A stretch of 58,235 nucleotides of DNA, filler included, from Sluysia triapertura (GCA_046118255.1; 4 parts of 4 records of this genome joined end to end with filler, not necessarily neighbours in it); one strand, 5' to 3'; shown: positions 26,800 to 47,530, counted from the first letter of the whole stretch. Notes: a model not told the origin generated them from the letters alone. A program made the numbers and translations.

Positions 26800-28480
26800 A
26801 GAACATTCGCAAATATCAATTTTTGGACTTGTTAAAAGTGATAAGTAAGGGATATGAAGTTATGCGTTTTCTCATTTAACATCTTGTACATATAAAGCTA
26901 TCAGGTTCGTGCCTACATCCACAAAAGGCATTAAAAACAAATGGAAATATTGTTGGATGTTCTTAAGCTTTATTTTTATCCAACAATGTTTGGACAGTAT
27001 GAATTTTAAGGGGAGAGACACCATGTAATCTAAAATATTAGGAAACTTTTTCACCTACTATGCGATCTTCAAAACATCCTTCATTGCAGCGATAACGACT
27101 GGATTAAAGTTCTTAGGAAAGTTTACCAAGTTATCTACAATTGAAGAAAGGAAAAAAATTCAGACTTTACTAAGTTAAAGGTACTAAGAGAATTAGTAAT
27201 GCTGTGGTTTCCTTAAATCCAAACCTACGGCAAAATAAAAATTGAGAAGTGTCCGGTTAAAGTAAAGAGGGCATTCCTGTAACTATATCTAAGCTAAACT
27301 GATTTGTGTTTAAATTAACTTTAAAAAGTCATTAATTCCTTGATTATTTCATCCTGTTCATGAGATGTCTTAACTTGTGAAATCATAAACATTAGTTGCC
27401 CACAAACAAATACAAAACTAATACTGGATAATGAAAACTTGATTGCAATATTTTGATATATTCGAATTTGTAACATGACTCATAAGGGCTTGCGATAATT
27501 GCATGTCACTCTTAACATTAGCTTTGTGTAGTATTTCAGCTGAATTAGAACTTAATAAGAATTCAAAAATTGTAGTATAATAATCATTGTTTCGGACTTT
27601 TTGCACGAATAACAATTTTTCATCGGTTAAATTAAAAATAAAACAATCCCACAAATTCTCATATTTACAAACTGTTTTAGAAATTTTAATTAAAATTGCA
27701 GAATCTGTAAGTATGAATTAATGCAACTTAATTTTCCGTTAATATAGTCATATTTTTCACTATATGTTAATCATATCTTTCAAAATTGATCCAAAATTCG
27801 TCATTTTTATTGATAATAGTAAACCGTCAACATAAGCAATAGTTTGCTGATCTGAAATATCTTTTAAACTGTGCACATACTTTAACATATTTTCCTCAAT
27901 TCAATAAATTTAGTTTTCAAAGAAAAAAAAATAGAAGTCCATATTGTAATGTACAAATTGCTTTCGACTTATTTTTTAAAAACCTTTCTAAAACTGTTTT
28001 GTGAATTAGTTTATAGTTATATATTTTGCTTTTGTTAAAAGCGAATGTTAATACTATTGTGTGCATTTTGTTAAAAGTGTCACAGTATAAACTAATTTTG
28101 ACATGGTGCCAATTTATTTTTACATCAACCTCATTGACATGTTAAATGATTAATATTAAAATCAATTTTCTGCCCATAGATTCAAGAGAATTATGTAACT
28201 TTCCAGGTTTTGACATTCTGCAATTAATTCAGATTCTCATCATGTTCATCGCCGTTAACATTGAATATTTCATAGCTAATTAAAGAATATTTAAAAATAT
28301 CTGATTGTGATAAGCCCTGAAATCTAATATTTCTTCTATACATGTTTCGGGATTTTCTGAATTTTTAGATTGGTCTTGAAAATACAATTTTTTGATCATT
28401 GCTTGGGCTTTGTATATGAGCTTTTGGATTTTCAGAATTGTCACTCTTCATTTGTTGTCTTTTCTTATTGTTCATCATTA
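26800..28480 (-). pseudogene. Long decayed reading frame of unknown type (probably transposon-derived)
   Basis: Colinear protein-like fragments (ORF track 27418-27654 and 26872-27054, plus EENMLKYVHSLKDISDQQTIAYVDGLL and FICTRC) broken by stops and frameshifts. Confidence 0.35.
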
Positions 28481-29762
28481 AAATCAATGGTAAGATCTAC
28501 TATTTTTTGAGAATGACTTGAAATAAGATGTAACTTCATATTTTTTGTGTTTATTACAACTGCCTAAGGTTTACCGCGTTCAACATGATACTTTTATATG
28601 ATAGGATGAATATTACTATAAGAGAATTGTTTAGAATTTGCAAATGAGCATATAGATTCTTCTCAACTTATCAAAGACAACAATGTGATACAGATATCCA
28701 TAATTTCTAATTTTTCAATTCAGTTACCGATTGAACGACAAACGTAAAACCACGTACCAAAAATTAGACACTACAGGAACAGTAAACTTAAATCATGTAA
28801 AGTAAGTTCCTCGACAAAATAGTTAAAACTATTATGTCCTACGTATTTTAGTCTCAGTCTTTTATATCAATTCAGTATTTATTTATTTTTAACAAATTTT
28901 AATATTAATTAATATAAAGTAATTTTTATTTATTGAAAAGTTTTTTATTTATTTTTCATTTAGTGCATTTGTTTATTCTAATAATTGATATTTACATTTC
29001 AGGTGTACTCAGGTTATTTGTTTTTTCATTAACTATTAAAATAATAATAAATTAATTATTATATTATTTTTTAGTATTATTATCATTTATCATTTATAAT
29101 TTCAGGTATTCAATAAATAACCTTACATAGTTGATATGTCGATTTGATATTGTTACGCATTGTCTTTTGTTGTGAATTGATGTTTAAAAATAATTAAAAG
29201 AATAATTAAAAGTTTAATTAGAAGAAATATTGAATTTTATTTGATAAAAATTTATCAATAAATATAAAGAATTTATATAGAATATTTGTCGAACTATAAA
29301 GAGTTTTAAAACGAGATAGAATTAGAATCAAAAAATCCAATAAGTTTGTTTTAAGTTAAGGAAAGTTTCAAAGAAATTCAGTTTTATAAGGAGCTAAATA
29401 ATTCGGTAACTAAGAGATTTATAAGATTAAGAGGATATTAATAAGAGAAGTCTAATTACGCAAGAATAGAATTAAAAGAGGAGTGAGTCATTGTTTAAAC
29501 TTAGGGCTTATTAAACATAAACCGTGGAACGTAAGTGAACCGATTCTTAACCATTTGCTTCTAAGTTTATAAGAAAAGCGCTCAGCAGTTACATTACCAA
29601 AACAATACGAAGCTCTTTAACATATCATTTAGTTGGTTATCACATATTTAATAAATACTCAAGAGAGCTTAAAACAAATCATTCTTAAAATTTTGCTTGG
29701 AACAAAAATTCTCAATCATTTTCAAATTACTAAAATATTTTGGTTCTATTTTACCTTGTTAT

Positions 29763-29764
<2 letters not shown>

Positions 29765-29828
<64 letters not shown>
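29765..29828. repeat. (AAT)n microsatellite
   Basis: Directly visible. Confidence 0.95.
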
Positions 29829-29967
29829 GGGCGTCCAATTGAATGTACATGAAATGTTGACTGCATGCGTAAATGTTATTGGTAATCCAATCAAAAAAAC
29901 AAGATTGAAGTAACATTAGTAATTGTAGTTGGACGGCAGCGAATATTGAGAATGACAGTGAATTGAT

Positions 29968-30067
29968 NNNNNNNNNNNNNNNNNNNNNNNNNNNNNNNNN
30001 NNNNNNNNNNNTTAATTAATTAANNNNNNNNNNNNNNNNNNNNNNNNNNNNNNNNNNNNNNNNNNNN
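29968..30067. other. Artificial contig spacer
   Basis: 44 N + TTAATTAATTAA + 44 N. Confidence 0.95.
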
Positions 30068-30138
30068 ATCTTGCATAGCAGTTGTGTAAGAGAAAAAATC
30101 GCCATTGACGCCATATGGCGGTCCCGGGGCTGAAAGGG
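30068..30138. mobile_element. piggyBac-type terminus truncated by the gap
   Basis: ...GGGGCTGAAAGGG|TTAA with subterminal palindrome CGCCATATGGCG. Confidence 0.65.
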
Positions 30139-30193
30139 TTAATGTATTATAAAATAAAAAATATCTGAAAACATATTAATTATTAAAACTAAC

Positions 30194-37038
<6,845 letters not shown>

Positions 37039-39030
37039 CTGAAATTAAATTTTACTTAAACATTTAAGTATTCTCGAAATATTTTCAATTTTTTTAATTA
37101 TTTTTTTAATACTAAATTTTTAATAAAAATTTTTAATTAATACTAACATGCGTGCATTTAGGGAAAATAATTTTATAAATTATGCTCAATTTATAGCTTA
37201 ATTACTGCTTCATACTTCACATAATACTAACTATTATTTGAAAGAAAATAAATAGCACAAAAGAAATTATTTAAGTGCTTCAGATATTTACATTCTGTAC
37301 AAATTTTGCAGTTGAAAACAGATATAACTATGCGTTCATGCTAAAATGTGATTAGAAAATTTGAAGAACTTCATGTGACTTGCTGATAACTGATAAAAAT
37401 AGAGCTTGGTGTAAAAATGCATTTGAAAACCGACAGTTGTATGACTCATAACCAGTAACAATAAAATAATTGAATTTGCTGCAAAACTTTAAGTTAAGTA
37501 TAATTTAAGAAAATGTTAAATAGCAATTTGAATTATAAATTCGTCTGTACTTAAAGAAAATTGTGAATTTAACAATACTTATGAATTTCTGTTAATTTAA
37601 TTTAAGGAGTTTCTTATAGATCAAAATAATAATAGACTTATTATTGTACGATTGAAAATGCATTTTTAGATTTGGTAAAAATAACCGAAATAACGTTGCC
37701 AGATTATAATAAAGAAATGAGTTTATTTGTAAAGCAAAAGTTGTGCTATTATCGACAAAGAAACTGCTCCAATATTGAGATAGTATTTAAATGTTTAGAA
37801 AATGATATAAATGTTTCAACGTTTGTTAACGGCGGAAGAAAAATTTGATACATTTAAATATACTTTAACAGATTTACACTTTTGTGAATTTTGAAATCAA
37901 TATAATAAAATTTGTTACGATTTATAAATTCATTTTTATTCGTGTGAAACTCTTCAAAAGAAATAAGAGTTGATTGAAATCATTACTGATCCCCCTTCGT
38001 CGAATTATTTTTTACGAATGATATTTAAAATTGATGAAGATACTAAATGGGAACTCTTTTAAAGTCTATTTCTTATAATTTCAATTTTAGGTGTTTTGCA
38101 ATGATTATTAAATGTATGAAATTGTTTTACATGTTTTCTTAAAATAAAGCGAGCTAAATTTCAGAATTTATTTCTAAATTGATGAATAACAAAGCTGATT
38201 TTTATTTCGATATAAAGATAAATGACATTAAGATAATACGTGGATAATTATTTTATGTAAGCGCCATTTTTTTGCTATTAATATTATTAACATAACCATG
38301 TTAAACATAAATTTAAAAATTAAAAAAATCTCTGTCAAGCTGGAGACGGGTTAAAATAACTCAAAATAATTTATAATTATAAAGTTATGGATTATATATG
38401 TTCCATTAGATTTTCAAAAAATACTGAAATGGTAAGAAAATTGTACTTGGATGTCCCCTCGTTCAATATGGATTTTACTACCACCACCATATAAAAAATT
38501 AAAAATTTCGTGGCTGTATTAAGTGAAAATTTTTCTTAAAATATAAGTCGATTGAAAAACAGACGAGGAAAAATTAAAGAATTAAACGGGCTGAAGACAA
38601 AAAAATATAAAATATTTTTCGAGGATAAATAATTAAATTACTATTATTATTAATATTACTACTACAGCTATTATAAGTCATATCATTTCTATTTATACCA
38701 AACACATAAGACCTAATTAACTTCATTCAAACAAGTAGAGACCTACAACAATTCGAGATAAGCACTTCACAAATTTCTTAGATGCATCAGAAAATCGTCA
38801 ACAAACATTCCAAGCAAAACAACATTATAAACATTTTAAAGAGTATTAAACTTATATAAAACATTGAAATAAACAACAAAAATTTCAATGAATTTTATTT
38901 AATGATAATAATAATCTAATTTTAATTAATCATTGACGTCATCAATAATATCTTATCAATTAGTCATGCATGACTTTGTTGTTAATCCAATCAAATGTGA
39001 ATTGGCTACACAAATAAACAAAGTCATTAA

Positions 39031-39640
39031 CCCTTTAACCGTCGGTGAGCGCATTTTGAGAACATAAATTTATTTGAGATTATATGAAATATATGTGAGA
39101 AAAGCCATTAAACAGCTGGCGCCACTTGTGTTAGTGTTAATTTCAAAATCAGTAAAAAAATGTATAATTTTTCATGAATTTTCAATCAAATAGAAAATGT
39201 GAAAATTGGTGAATATATTCGACGTAAGTTAGTTGGTCCCATGATTGATTACCAATATTTGGTTTTGCCTGGCACGCATAATTATGAAAATTTGGTTGAA
39301 AGTGCGTATTTTGCCACGTCCATGTATCATTCAATAAAACAGGGTCAATATTCTCTTCGACATCAGTATCTTCGTCACTATCGTAGTTTGACATTATCAG
39401 CCATCTTCTAACAAAAGTAATAACTTTAGACTTTATAATATTTTCACTTATTTTATTTGATTCAAATATTTTTCTCACAAAATGGAGGTATATTATTGAA
39501 ATAACTTTGTGCACACACTTTAAAACGATTATACAAAACATTGTTCTTATTTAATCCTCTAAAACAATATGTAACATGACCTGCCTGAGAAACTTGCAGA
39601 AATACGAGTGGGACCAATTGGTCCAAGCGGCGACGAAGGG
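39031..39640 (-). mobile_element. Internally deleted piggyBac element keeping the transposase N-terminus
   Basis: TTAA|CCCTT at 39031 and AAGGG|TTAA at 39640; palindrome GGACCAATTGGTCC (39611-39624). Minus frame SNYDSDEDTDVEENIDP..DTWTW..P.F is an acidic N-terminus typical of PGBD transposases. Confidence 0.75.
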
Positions 39641-41731
39641 TTAAAATTATTGCCAAAAAAGATTTTACAAAGATTCTTATTCAAATGTTATCAGCTTATA
39701 TGCAAAAATCTAGTATGATTTATTAATAAACACAGTATTGTGCTCTGTATATTTCTAAATTGTTTGGATATCAAATCTTTAGAAAAAAATATTGTGAACA
39801 AATTCAAAAATTTTCTAGCTCAAAATCGTATTTTTTGAATTTCGTACTCCAATGAATAATTGTTGAAAATTCAATTAGTTATTTGTTTCATATAGCAATT
39901 GTTAGCCGAAATATTCTATCAGATTATTTTTTCCCACAAAATAAAATAATTATGAAGAAAAAATAATTATTGAATTGAAATGATTTATAAAAATTGTGAA
40001 TAGTGAGTAGCACAATTCTGGAAATAAATTGTGGTATTATAAAAGATTTTTTGTGACTACAGATTGTACACATTGTCTCTAAATTTTTCTTTAAAAAGGT
40101 ATTATGACTAATAATGCTTCTTTATTTATAAATAAAACAATCTAGTTAATGAAATTTTAGGTTTGTTAAACATTCAAATACATTTTGTACTAATTTATTT
40201 TCTCTCTCATATAGCTTAAAAGGTCTTTTATTTTGAAAATATTGTTGTATGTAATTTTAGTACTTGATAAATTGATTATTATTATTATTTTTGTTATTAA
40301 TATTATTTCAAATTAATACTACCGTTATATTATTGTCATCATTATTATTTTTTACAATTTACACCTTGTAGAACGGGACTTAGAACGTGCCTGCTACTAA
40401 AATTGACAATAAAAAATAACGAGTAATATGTAACGTATTTTATAACTTCTAATGCCAATTATCTTGTTTATATCTAATATGGAGCGTCTAACTAATGCTG
40501 CTAATATAATTAATTTACAAATACTTTGTAAACTTGTGTGTTTTTAACTTTATTTGTTAATCTTAACCAAATTAATTATTCACAATTAATAAAATATAAA
40601 ATGAAATTTAGCCATTATTAAATCGGCCCAAAATAAATAAACTTAAAATCTAATAATTTCAAAGTGGTGTGAACGGAAATAAAATTTATTATTAATACTT
40701 TTATAAGCAAGCAATTATTTAATATTGTTTTTAATTTTATTATATTTTTGAAAATATTGTTTTTACCTACTTATTTCCGTAGTAGATAATTTATTGCAAT
40801 TATTTAAATGTTTCTCTATCATTATATTTGCATAATTACTAGTATTAGTATTATGTCTACATTATTTTATTTATTATCAACATTATCATCATACGCCTTT
40901 TTAAACAAGACCAACATTAGTTTAACCTAATACATCTAATTCAGTATTCTACTAACTAACCAATAGCTTATATGTATTGGATCTTATATCCAGTTTTTTC
41001 TGTATACTAGTTAATTACAATACATTTTATTTTTTGGTAATATATTTTTACTATATATTATAATATCAACAATTTACTTATTCGATTATATCCGTCTTGA
41101 TAGCTAGTGTCTGCTATATTTTGGTATTTTACTAGGTTCATTATGAATATATGCAGCACTTTGATTGCTTAAGTCGAATTATTTCTTGAGTATCATTCAA
41201 ATTTAAAATACTGTTTTTTTGCTTTCGGAATATTTGTTCAATAATTACTTATCGTCTTGATACAGAATACTTGCTATTGTACTTACAAGAAACAAATCTT
41301 GATATTTCATAAATTTGAGTATATTCAATATTGATATTTGTGTTTAAATTGAGAATAGTATTTGTCATTGCTCTCGTTTTTATAGTCAATCTAGATTAAA
41401 TTAAGCATCAATTATTAAGATCACCTTCAGAAGCACCTGAAATTGATTTGAAACAACTTTAGCTTAAAGGTGGTAATCGAGATTATTGTAATTGGTAATT
41501 TTTCCTTTAATAACTAGAATATTTTAAAGTGGTGAAATTATTAATTGTAGGTAATGGTTAAGGTATTAAATTTGAGGCAGATTAGAAAGTATTTATTTTA
41601 TCATGGTTTTATTTTTTCAGTTTATAAAACTTTAGGTGGAAATGTTCAAAGAATTTTCTTTATTGAAAACTTATTTTTAATTTACATTCTGTATATATTT
41701 ATTTTTATATAAATTAAACTATTTTAATCAG

Positions 41732-41977
41732 ATAAATATTTTGTGCGGTGCAACGGATGGTATGGATGGAGCAACTGATTGTGCTGGAGCTATTGTTGAT
41801 ATGACAACCGCGTCTTTGGCAACAAAACAAAATTTAAATCCTAATGATTATCTAAACAGATTTGATTCATATAATTTTTTCAAAAAATTTAATAACGGAA
41901 GTAATTTTCTGAGCACTGGATTAACTGGCACTAATGTAATGGATATTTTTATAATTTATCTAAGTCTTAAAAAATAA
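41732..41977 (+). CDS. GLYCTK: Glycerate kinase (MOFRL domain), terminal exon
   Basis: After a CAG acceptor: INILCGATDGMDGATDCAGAIVD...YLNRFDSYNFF...STGLTGTNVMDIFIIYL*. Carries the TDG.DG, DSY.FF and TG.TGTNVMD signatures. Confidence 0.9.
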   Translation: MNILCGATDGMDGATDCAGAIVDMTTASLATKQNLNPNDYLNRFDSYNFFKKFNNGSNFLSTGLTGTNVMDIFIIYLSLKK

Positions 41978-43756
41978 TATTCTTATTTTTATTGTGATTT
42001 TTTAGTTATTTAATATAACAAGTTTATTTTTAATATTATATTGTCGAATTAACATGATCAGTTTTGCATTATATTTTTAGCAGGTTATTAGTTTTTCGAA
42101 TGTCATTTAAAAGAAATCAAGTTGAATTTGAAAAAATTTCAATGTCTTTCATGGTTGTTTATTTATTGAGTATAATATACTAATCTTTTTAGAACAAAAA
42201 TTTGATTGAACTCCTACATTCTGCTGCACACTACTTTAATATGATAAATGAAAATGTATACCAAATGATAGATCGATATTTAAATAAGTGTGCACCATGT
42301 AATATAGGTGGTTTAAAAAAGGTCATCGCATGTATAAAAAATAAATTTTCAATTAATCATTGCTTAGAAATTGCAGCACATTCGAAAACTACGTCACACT
42401 TGGCTTTTTATTTGTGTAATTTTTACATATGGTCTGCATTTGTAATTCCTAATAACCTGTTTGATTTATTTTGAACGTTTATTTGTGATAAGTGATAGTT
42501 TAAGAGCAGTTAAATCTTTTTTGTCTTAATGAATAAAGAATAACATTAGTAAAGACGCAATGAATCCATAAAGTTTTAATGATTAACTTTTTCAATACGA
42601 CTTTTGGCCAGTGAAGATATTTCTGTATAATTGAACTAAATGTGCTGTAAATAAGTAAAGGTGGTACATGTTTACATAATTTCAGATTTTTAGAAAATAT
42701 GGTTTTTGAAAAAATGCCTTGGAAACATATGTCCATCAGTAGTTTAATTATGGAATAAATTCTCTGTAACTTATATATCCCGCAATATTGAAAGGATTAA
42801 GTATCAAGATTTAGAATATGGCTGATTATTAAATTTGTGTAGTTATTTTACTTGTAATCGTAAGTAATTGACGTAAGATGATAAATGAATAAAAAATAGA
42901 ATTAGTGAATTCGCTTGTGATCATAGATCTACAAACTCAATCAATGGCTTTAGTAAAAGAATTCTACAGAAATTTATAGAGGTCAACTTGTTTCTGCGGA
43001 GTATCTCCACTTAATGCTAAATGTAACGTTGTGTCTTTTATTACTTTTATTTTCCCAGATTATTAAATTAGAACTCAAGAACTAAATAAACTCAAAATCT
43101 CGATATATTCGTTATATTATCACTAAACTACAACTAGAATACATGTATATTATGACAATACAAATTATTCTTTATAACAATGACAATACAGATTATTCTT
43201 TAAAGACAAATTATAACCAGGTGTGACACAACTTATTTAAACTTTAGCACCCGTATCAATGCAAAATATAAACAGTAAAAAATATATCACTAACCCTTGT
43301 CCTAAAAAGAAAATTGATTATTTTAGTCAATTACTAAAGAAATAACTTTGGTTTCACCGTTATCCACTGATGAACCAAAGCAGCTTCTCTACAGTTAGAA
43401 AGTTTTCTTAATCTGATTTATCTTGACGCTGTTCTATTCTCGTTTCTATTTCTGTTTTCATTGCAGAAATGTAACTGCTTATATAGCAGTTTTATCGCAA
43501 TTAGTGAAATTAGAAAATCAGAAATTGAACAAGACGGAAATTAAAGCTGTCAGTTTTCTTTTACTCGGCAATAAGACGACTAATTTCGCCGATTAAATGT
43601 CGATAGCAATTTCCATCTTTGTTCAACTTTATTATCATTCCAATTATCTAAAGATAATGGGATTTGTGGAAAACAATCTCCTTATCTTCTTAATATCACC
43701 TAATCCAAATTTAAAATCATTGTTACATTGCTTTTATAATAATAACGCAATTTGTC

Positions 43757-43856
43757 NNNNNNNNNNNNNNNNNNNNNNNNNNNNNNNNNNNNNNNNNNNN
43801 TTAATTAATTAANNNNNNNNNNNNNNNNNNNNNNNNNNNNNNNNNNNNNNNNNNNN
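43757..43856. other. Artificial contig spacer
   Basis: 44 N + TTAATTAATTAA + 44 N. Confidence 0.95.
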
Positions 43857-43932
43857 CTTAATCAGTTGCGGAACCCCTGTCAACGTTCCAGGGAACCCTA
43901 GGGTTCCGCGGAACCCAGGTTGAAGACCCCTG
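43857..43932. mobile_element. hAT (Charlie/Buster-type) terminus inserted in an L2 fragment
   Basis: Reverse complement CAGGGGTCTTCAACCTGGGTTCCGCGGAACCC with repeated GGAACCC motifs. The adjacent 8-mer CCTTAAGA fits nnnTAnnn. Confidence 0.75.
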
Positions 43933-44110
43933 CCTTAAGATAAGATGCTACATGAGATCTTCTTCCCTCTTGGAAAATTAGTCTTGCTGCTTGATTAATT
44001 ATTAATTGTAATTTTTTCACTTTTCTATATAAAACTGAGTTAAAAATTTTACAGTTATAAATTAAGATTATGAGTGTTTTCAATTTTAAATTTTGCACAT
44101 AAAGCAAATA
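43933..44110 (-). mobile_element. L2 LINE ORF2 fragment
   Basis: YNCKIFNSV..KKLQLIINQAARLIFQEGRRSHVASYL fits the LQ..QN.AARLI...R..H motif. Confidence 0.75.
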
Positions 44111-47100
44111 AATTCGAAAATATGTATAAAATATTCATCTTAATAACAAATTTAATATATTAAATGATATGATATAATTTATAAAACACTCGAATGAGCA
44201 GAAATCCTTGGGTGTATAACTAATTTGTCGAATTAATTAACTAAAAATTACAAATTTTTAAAAATTGACTGAATAAAGCATATGACAAGATGGCTGCTAA
44301 AAATTAGACTAATAATTTGAATTATGTTTTCAAAATGGCGATTCTCATTAAACTGATGCTAGAATCGATGGAATGTTCTAGAAGCTTCTATTCTATCTTT
44401 AGAAGCGGTTTTTTTATAGAAATTTTATTTTCTTTTTTGGAAAATAAACATTTTAAAAGTATTTTTAGAGATTTATAAATAATATTAAAGCATTCTAACA
44501 CGTGTAGTTAAAAATGGTATAACTTATTTAAAGTTTTCGAACAATCAAAATAATCTTTCAAAAGTTATTATGTCTTTCGCGTTTGTTAATAAAATAACAT
44601 AAATTATTGAAGTATATTAATAAACAAATAACAAAAATGAAAAATAAAAGATATACAGAAAAGAATTTAGTGGCTAAACATCGAGAAAGTTTCGAGTTTG
44701 AATCATATGCAGTTCATTTAAAGTCTGAAAAGAACAATGGAAAGGAAATACCTAAGAGGAACTGATACCTCTATAATAAATAATGCTATCAAAGATTATC
44801 AGATGAATTACTACTGCATTATAATAATAATGTAATTTGTTACAAAGATAATCACAATAATGCATCATTTAATAGATGTGTTTAGATTAATATTTTCATA
44901 TAGATTAATAGGATCAATTTTTGCTGACAAAGTGAAACTATGCATCGATTTTCAAAATTTAATTTAAAATTTATTCTTTAATGAATATTTAACTCATTTT
45001 TTGAATTAAAAGCAAGGTATATATTTTATTTTTATAAATAACTTCATTTAATAATAATAGATGTTTATATTATTACTTTGTTGAATTATAATTTTTGTTA
45101 CTTTTAAAAGGTGATTGTAAAACAACATATTTGCATTATTTGTTGATTTTTGCAGAAATTTTTTTAGTGAAAATCGTCTCAAAAAAGAAAACATTGATTC
45201 ATAATATAATTTTGATAATTTGAAATAAAATGAAGACATTTAATTAAATAAATAAATAAGAATATTTAAAATGAGAAAACAATTTAAAGTTGACATAAGT
45301 TAAACATGTCAATAATTGTTTTATCGTCGATGAAGCAAAATGTTTATTAAATAAATATTCATAATAGCTTAAATTTAACGTCAATATTAAAATTTACAAT
45401 TTCATTATTAATTCTGATTTGTTTTGTCTTAAAATTGGTGATTTTAAAATATAAAACAATAACAATATAGTTCAAGTGTAATAAGTAAATGTGAAAATAC
45501 AAAACAAAATATGTGCAAATTATTTAAAATCAATAATTAAATAAGAATTACTTTAAATTTATAATTATCTTCGACAATTATATTTTCCATTTTAATTATG
45601 TAAAAATTTAAAAATTTAACTAATCCAAAACGTTGAAATTAAAAAAATTATATTAATAAATTAAATATTATTTTATAAAATATGTGTTTAAATAATACTT
45701 TAAAACATCTTTATAAGTGATTGCTTTAAGCGATTAATCATTTATTCAAAAGGCATTTTATCCATATGATAATGAAATATTTCAAAATCAAATATTTCAG
45801 ATGTCGTGAATCTTACGTATGGAATGGTGTTCCAGATAAATCAAATATCATAATTATTATGTATTATGGCTACTATTAGACTAAATTTTATTTTTCTCAT
45901 GCTTAGTTTGTAGATACTTTTAATCATGTATATATTTCTGAGTGTTTATCAGGCAATTATTTCTATTTTAATTTTAATTCAATTATTTATTTAATTTCAA
46001 TCAAGTCAACTTTTTTATTTACACTTAATTTTTTAGATTTTTCCTAATTGATACACCTTCTGTTCTAAAATGCAAGAAATGTATATGTAAGTGGAGTGCG
46101 AGAATAAAGCTTAAATAGTGAGTTCACCAACGTATTGGACTTACTAACTTAATGGCCAACCGTTGGATTTTTGACTTAAAATGGAGGTCAAGAAAGATTT
46201 TTCTTAGTCACTTTAATGCTCTATTATATTATACAATATTTTATTCAATGTCTAATCAGAAGTATATTAATTGAATCCTTTACTCAATTTTCAATAATAA
46301 CGTTGAACTGAATCAAAAATGCTATGCTTTAATAGTCACTGAAATTAATTTAAATGGTTACTATCAAATAATCACAATTAATATTAATAATAATGTAATT
46401 AATAATTTAGGGGACAATTGATTTTATGATTTTATATGATTTTAAAAAATATGAATACGAAGATTTTACTTCGGTTTGATTATACAAACCGTTTAAATAT
46501 TTGATGATTTTTCTTAGGTTCAATCTAAATGAACCTTTACTAATTTTACAAGAGTTTACTAAGGTTCGTTCAAGAACCTGATCAATTATTTTAAAATAAT
46601 AAATTAATAAATAAGGTCAAATTGAAAGTTTTATTATTACAATTATTTGTTACTACAATTATTATAATATGATAATATATATGCAATTTACAAAAGATTA
46701 TTCTTCCAATAATCTTGATAAAAATTTTAAAAAATAATTTTTCTCTGCTATTAATAAACAATAGCTTTAATTATGAATTCGATTTTTAGTCGATTTTAGT
46801 AAAGCAACTTCTAAATGTTGCTAAAAAATCTTATCATAAAAAACTAACGTTAATACTCGAAAGTTGCAAAAATTGAATTTGAAGAATTGAAAATGGTAGT
46901 GTTAATTGATGGCTGAAGTTGAATTGAATCGCATAATAGTACTTGTTTCACGAAATATGTTTAAGTCAAACTGAAAGCTATAAGTGGTAAGTTAAGTTGT
47001 GAATTAAGTTATGAATTTAGTTGTGAAAATGTTATAGAATGTCAATGTATTTATACTTATTTTGAAGGTCAATCAAGTTTTAAAACAAGGTTTTGATAGC

Positions 47101-47440
47101 AAATAAATTTAAATAATATTTTAATAATTTTAGTAATAATAATTTTATTTTACAAATTTTTACAATTATCAATAATAATATTTTAACAAATAATAATTAA
47201 TAATGATTTTATAAATAATTTTGTATAATAATAATTTCACTAATAAAATATAATAATGTTTAATAATAATAAAATGATAAAATATAATAATGTTCAATAA
47301 TAATAAAATAAAATTAAATATATACTAACTTAGAAGATGATATGATTTAAAATTTGAAATCCTTTTTTGAAATAATTATTTGAAACTAAATTAATTGAAA
47401 TATTTTAATTATTTTAAATGTTTAAATAAATTAGATATAA

Positions 47441-47530
47441 ATCTAAAGGTCATTAGCTTTACATAATTCTAAAGGTCATTGTTCTACATAAATCTAAATA
47501 AATCTAAAGGTCATTAGTCATTAGCTTTAC
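47441..47530 (+). promoter_or_regulatory. Three TCTAAAGGTCATT repeats (nuclear-receptor extended half-sites, NBRE-like) upstream of the RING exon
   Basis: AAAGGTCA at 47445, 47471 and 47506; TATA-like TATATAG at ~47560. Function is inferred only. Confidence 0.35.

Noticed and set aside
41400-41690. Penultimate GLYCTK exon (GGNRD, SGEII and GNG*G look-alikes)
   Set aside because: In-frame stops, incompatible splice phases and no GGRNQE motif.
45801-46087. Small exon-like segments (CRESYVWNGVPDK; FFLIDTPSVLKCKKCI) as missing TLDc or GLYCTK exons
   Set aside because: No motif similarity to either family.
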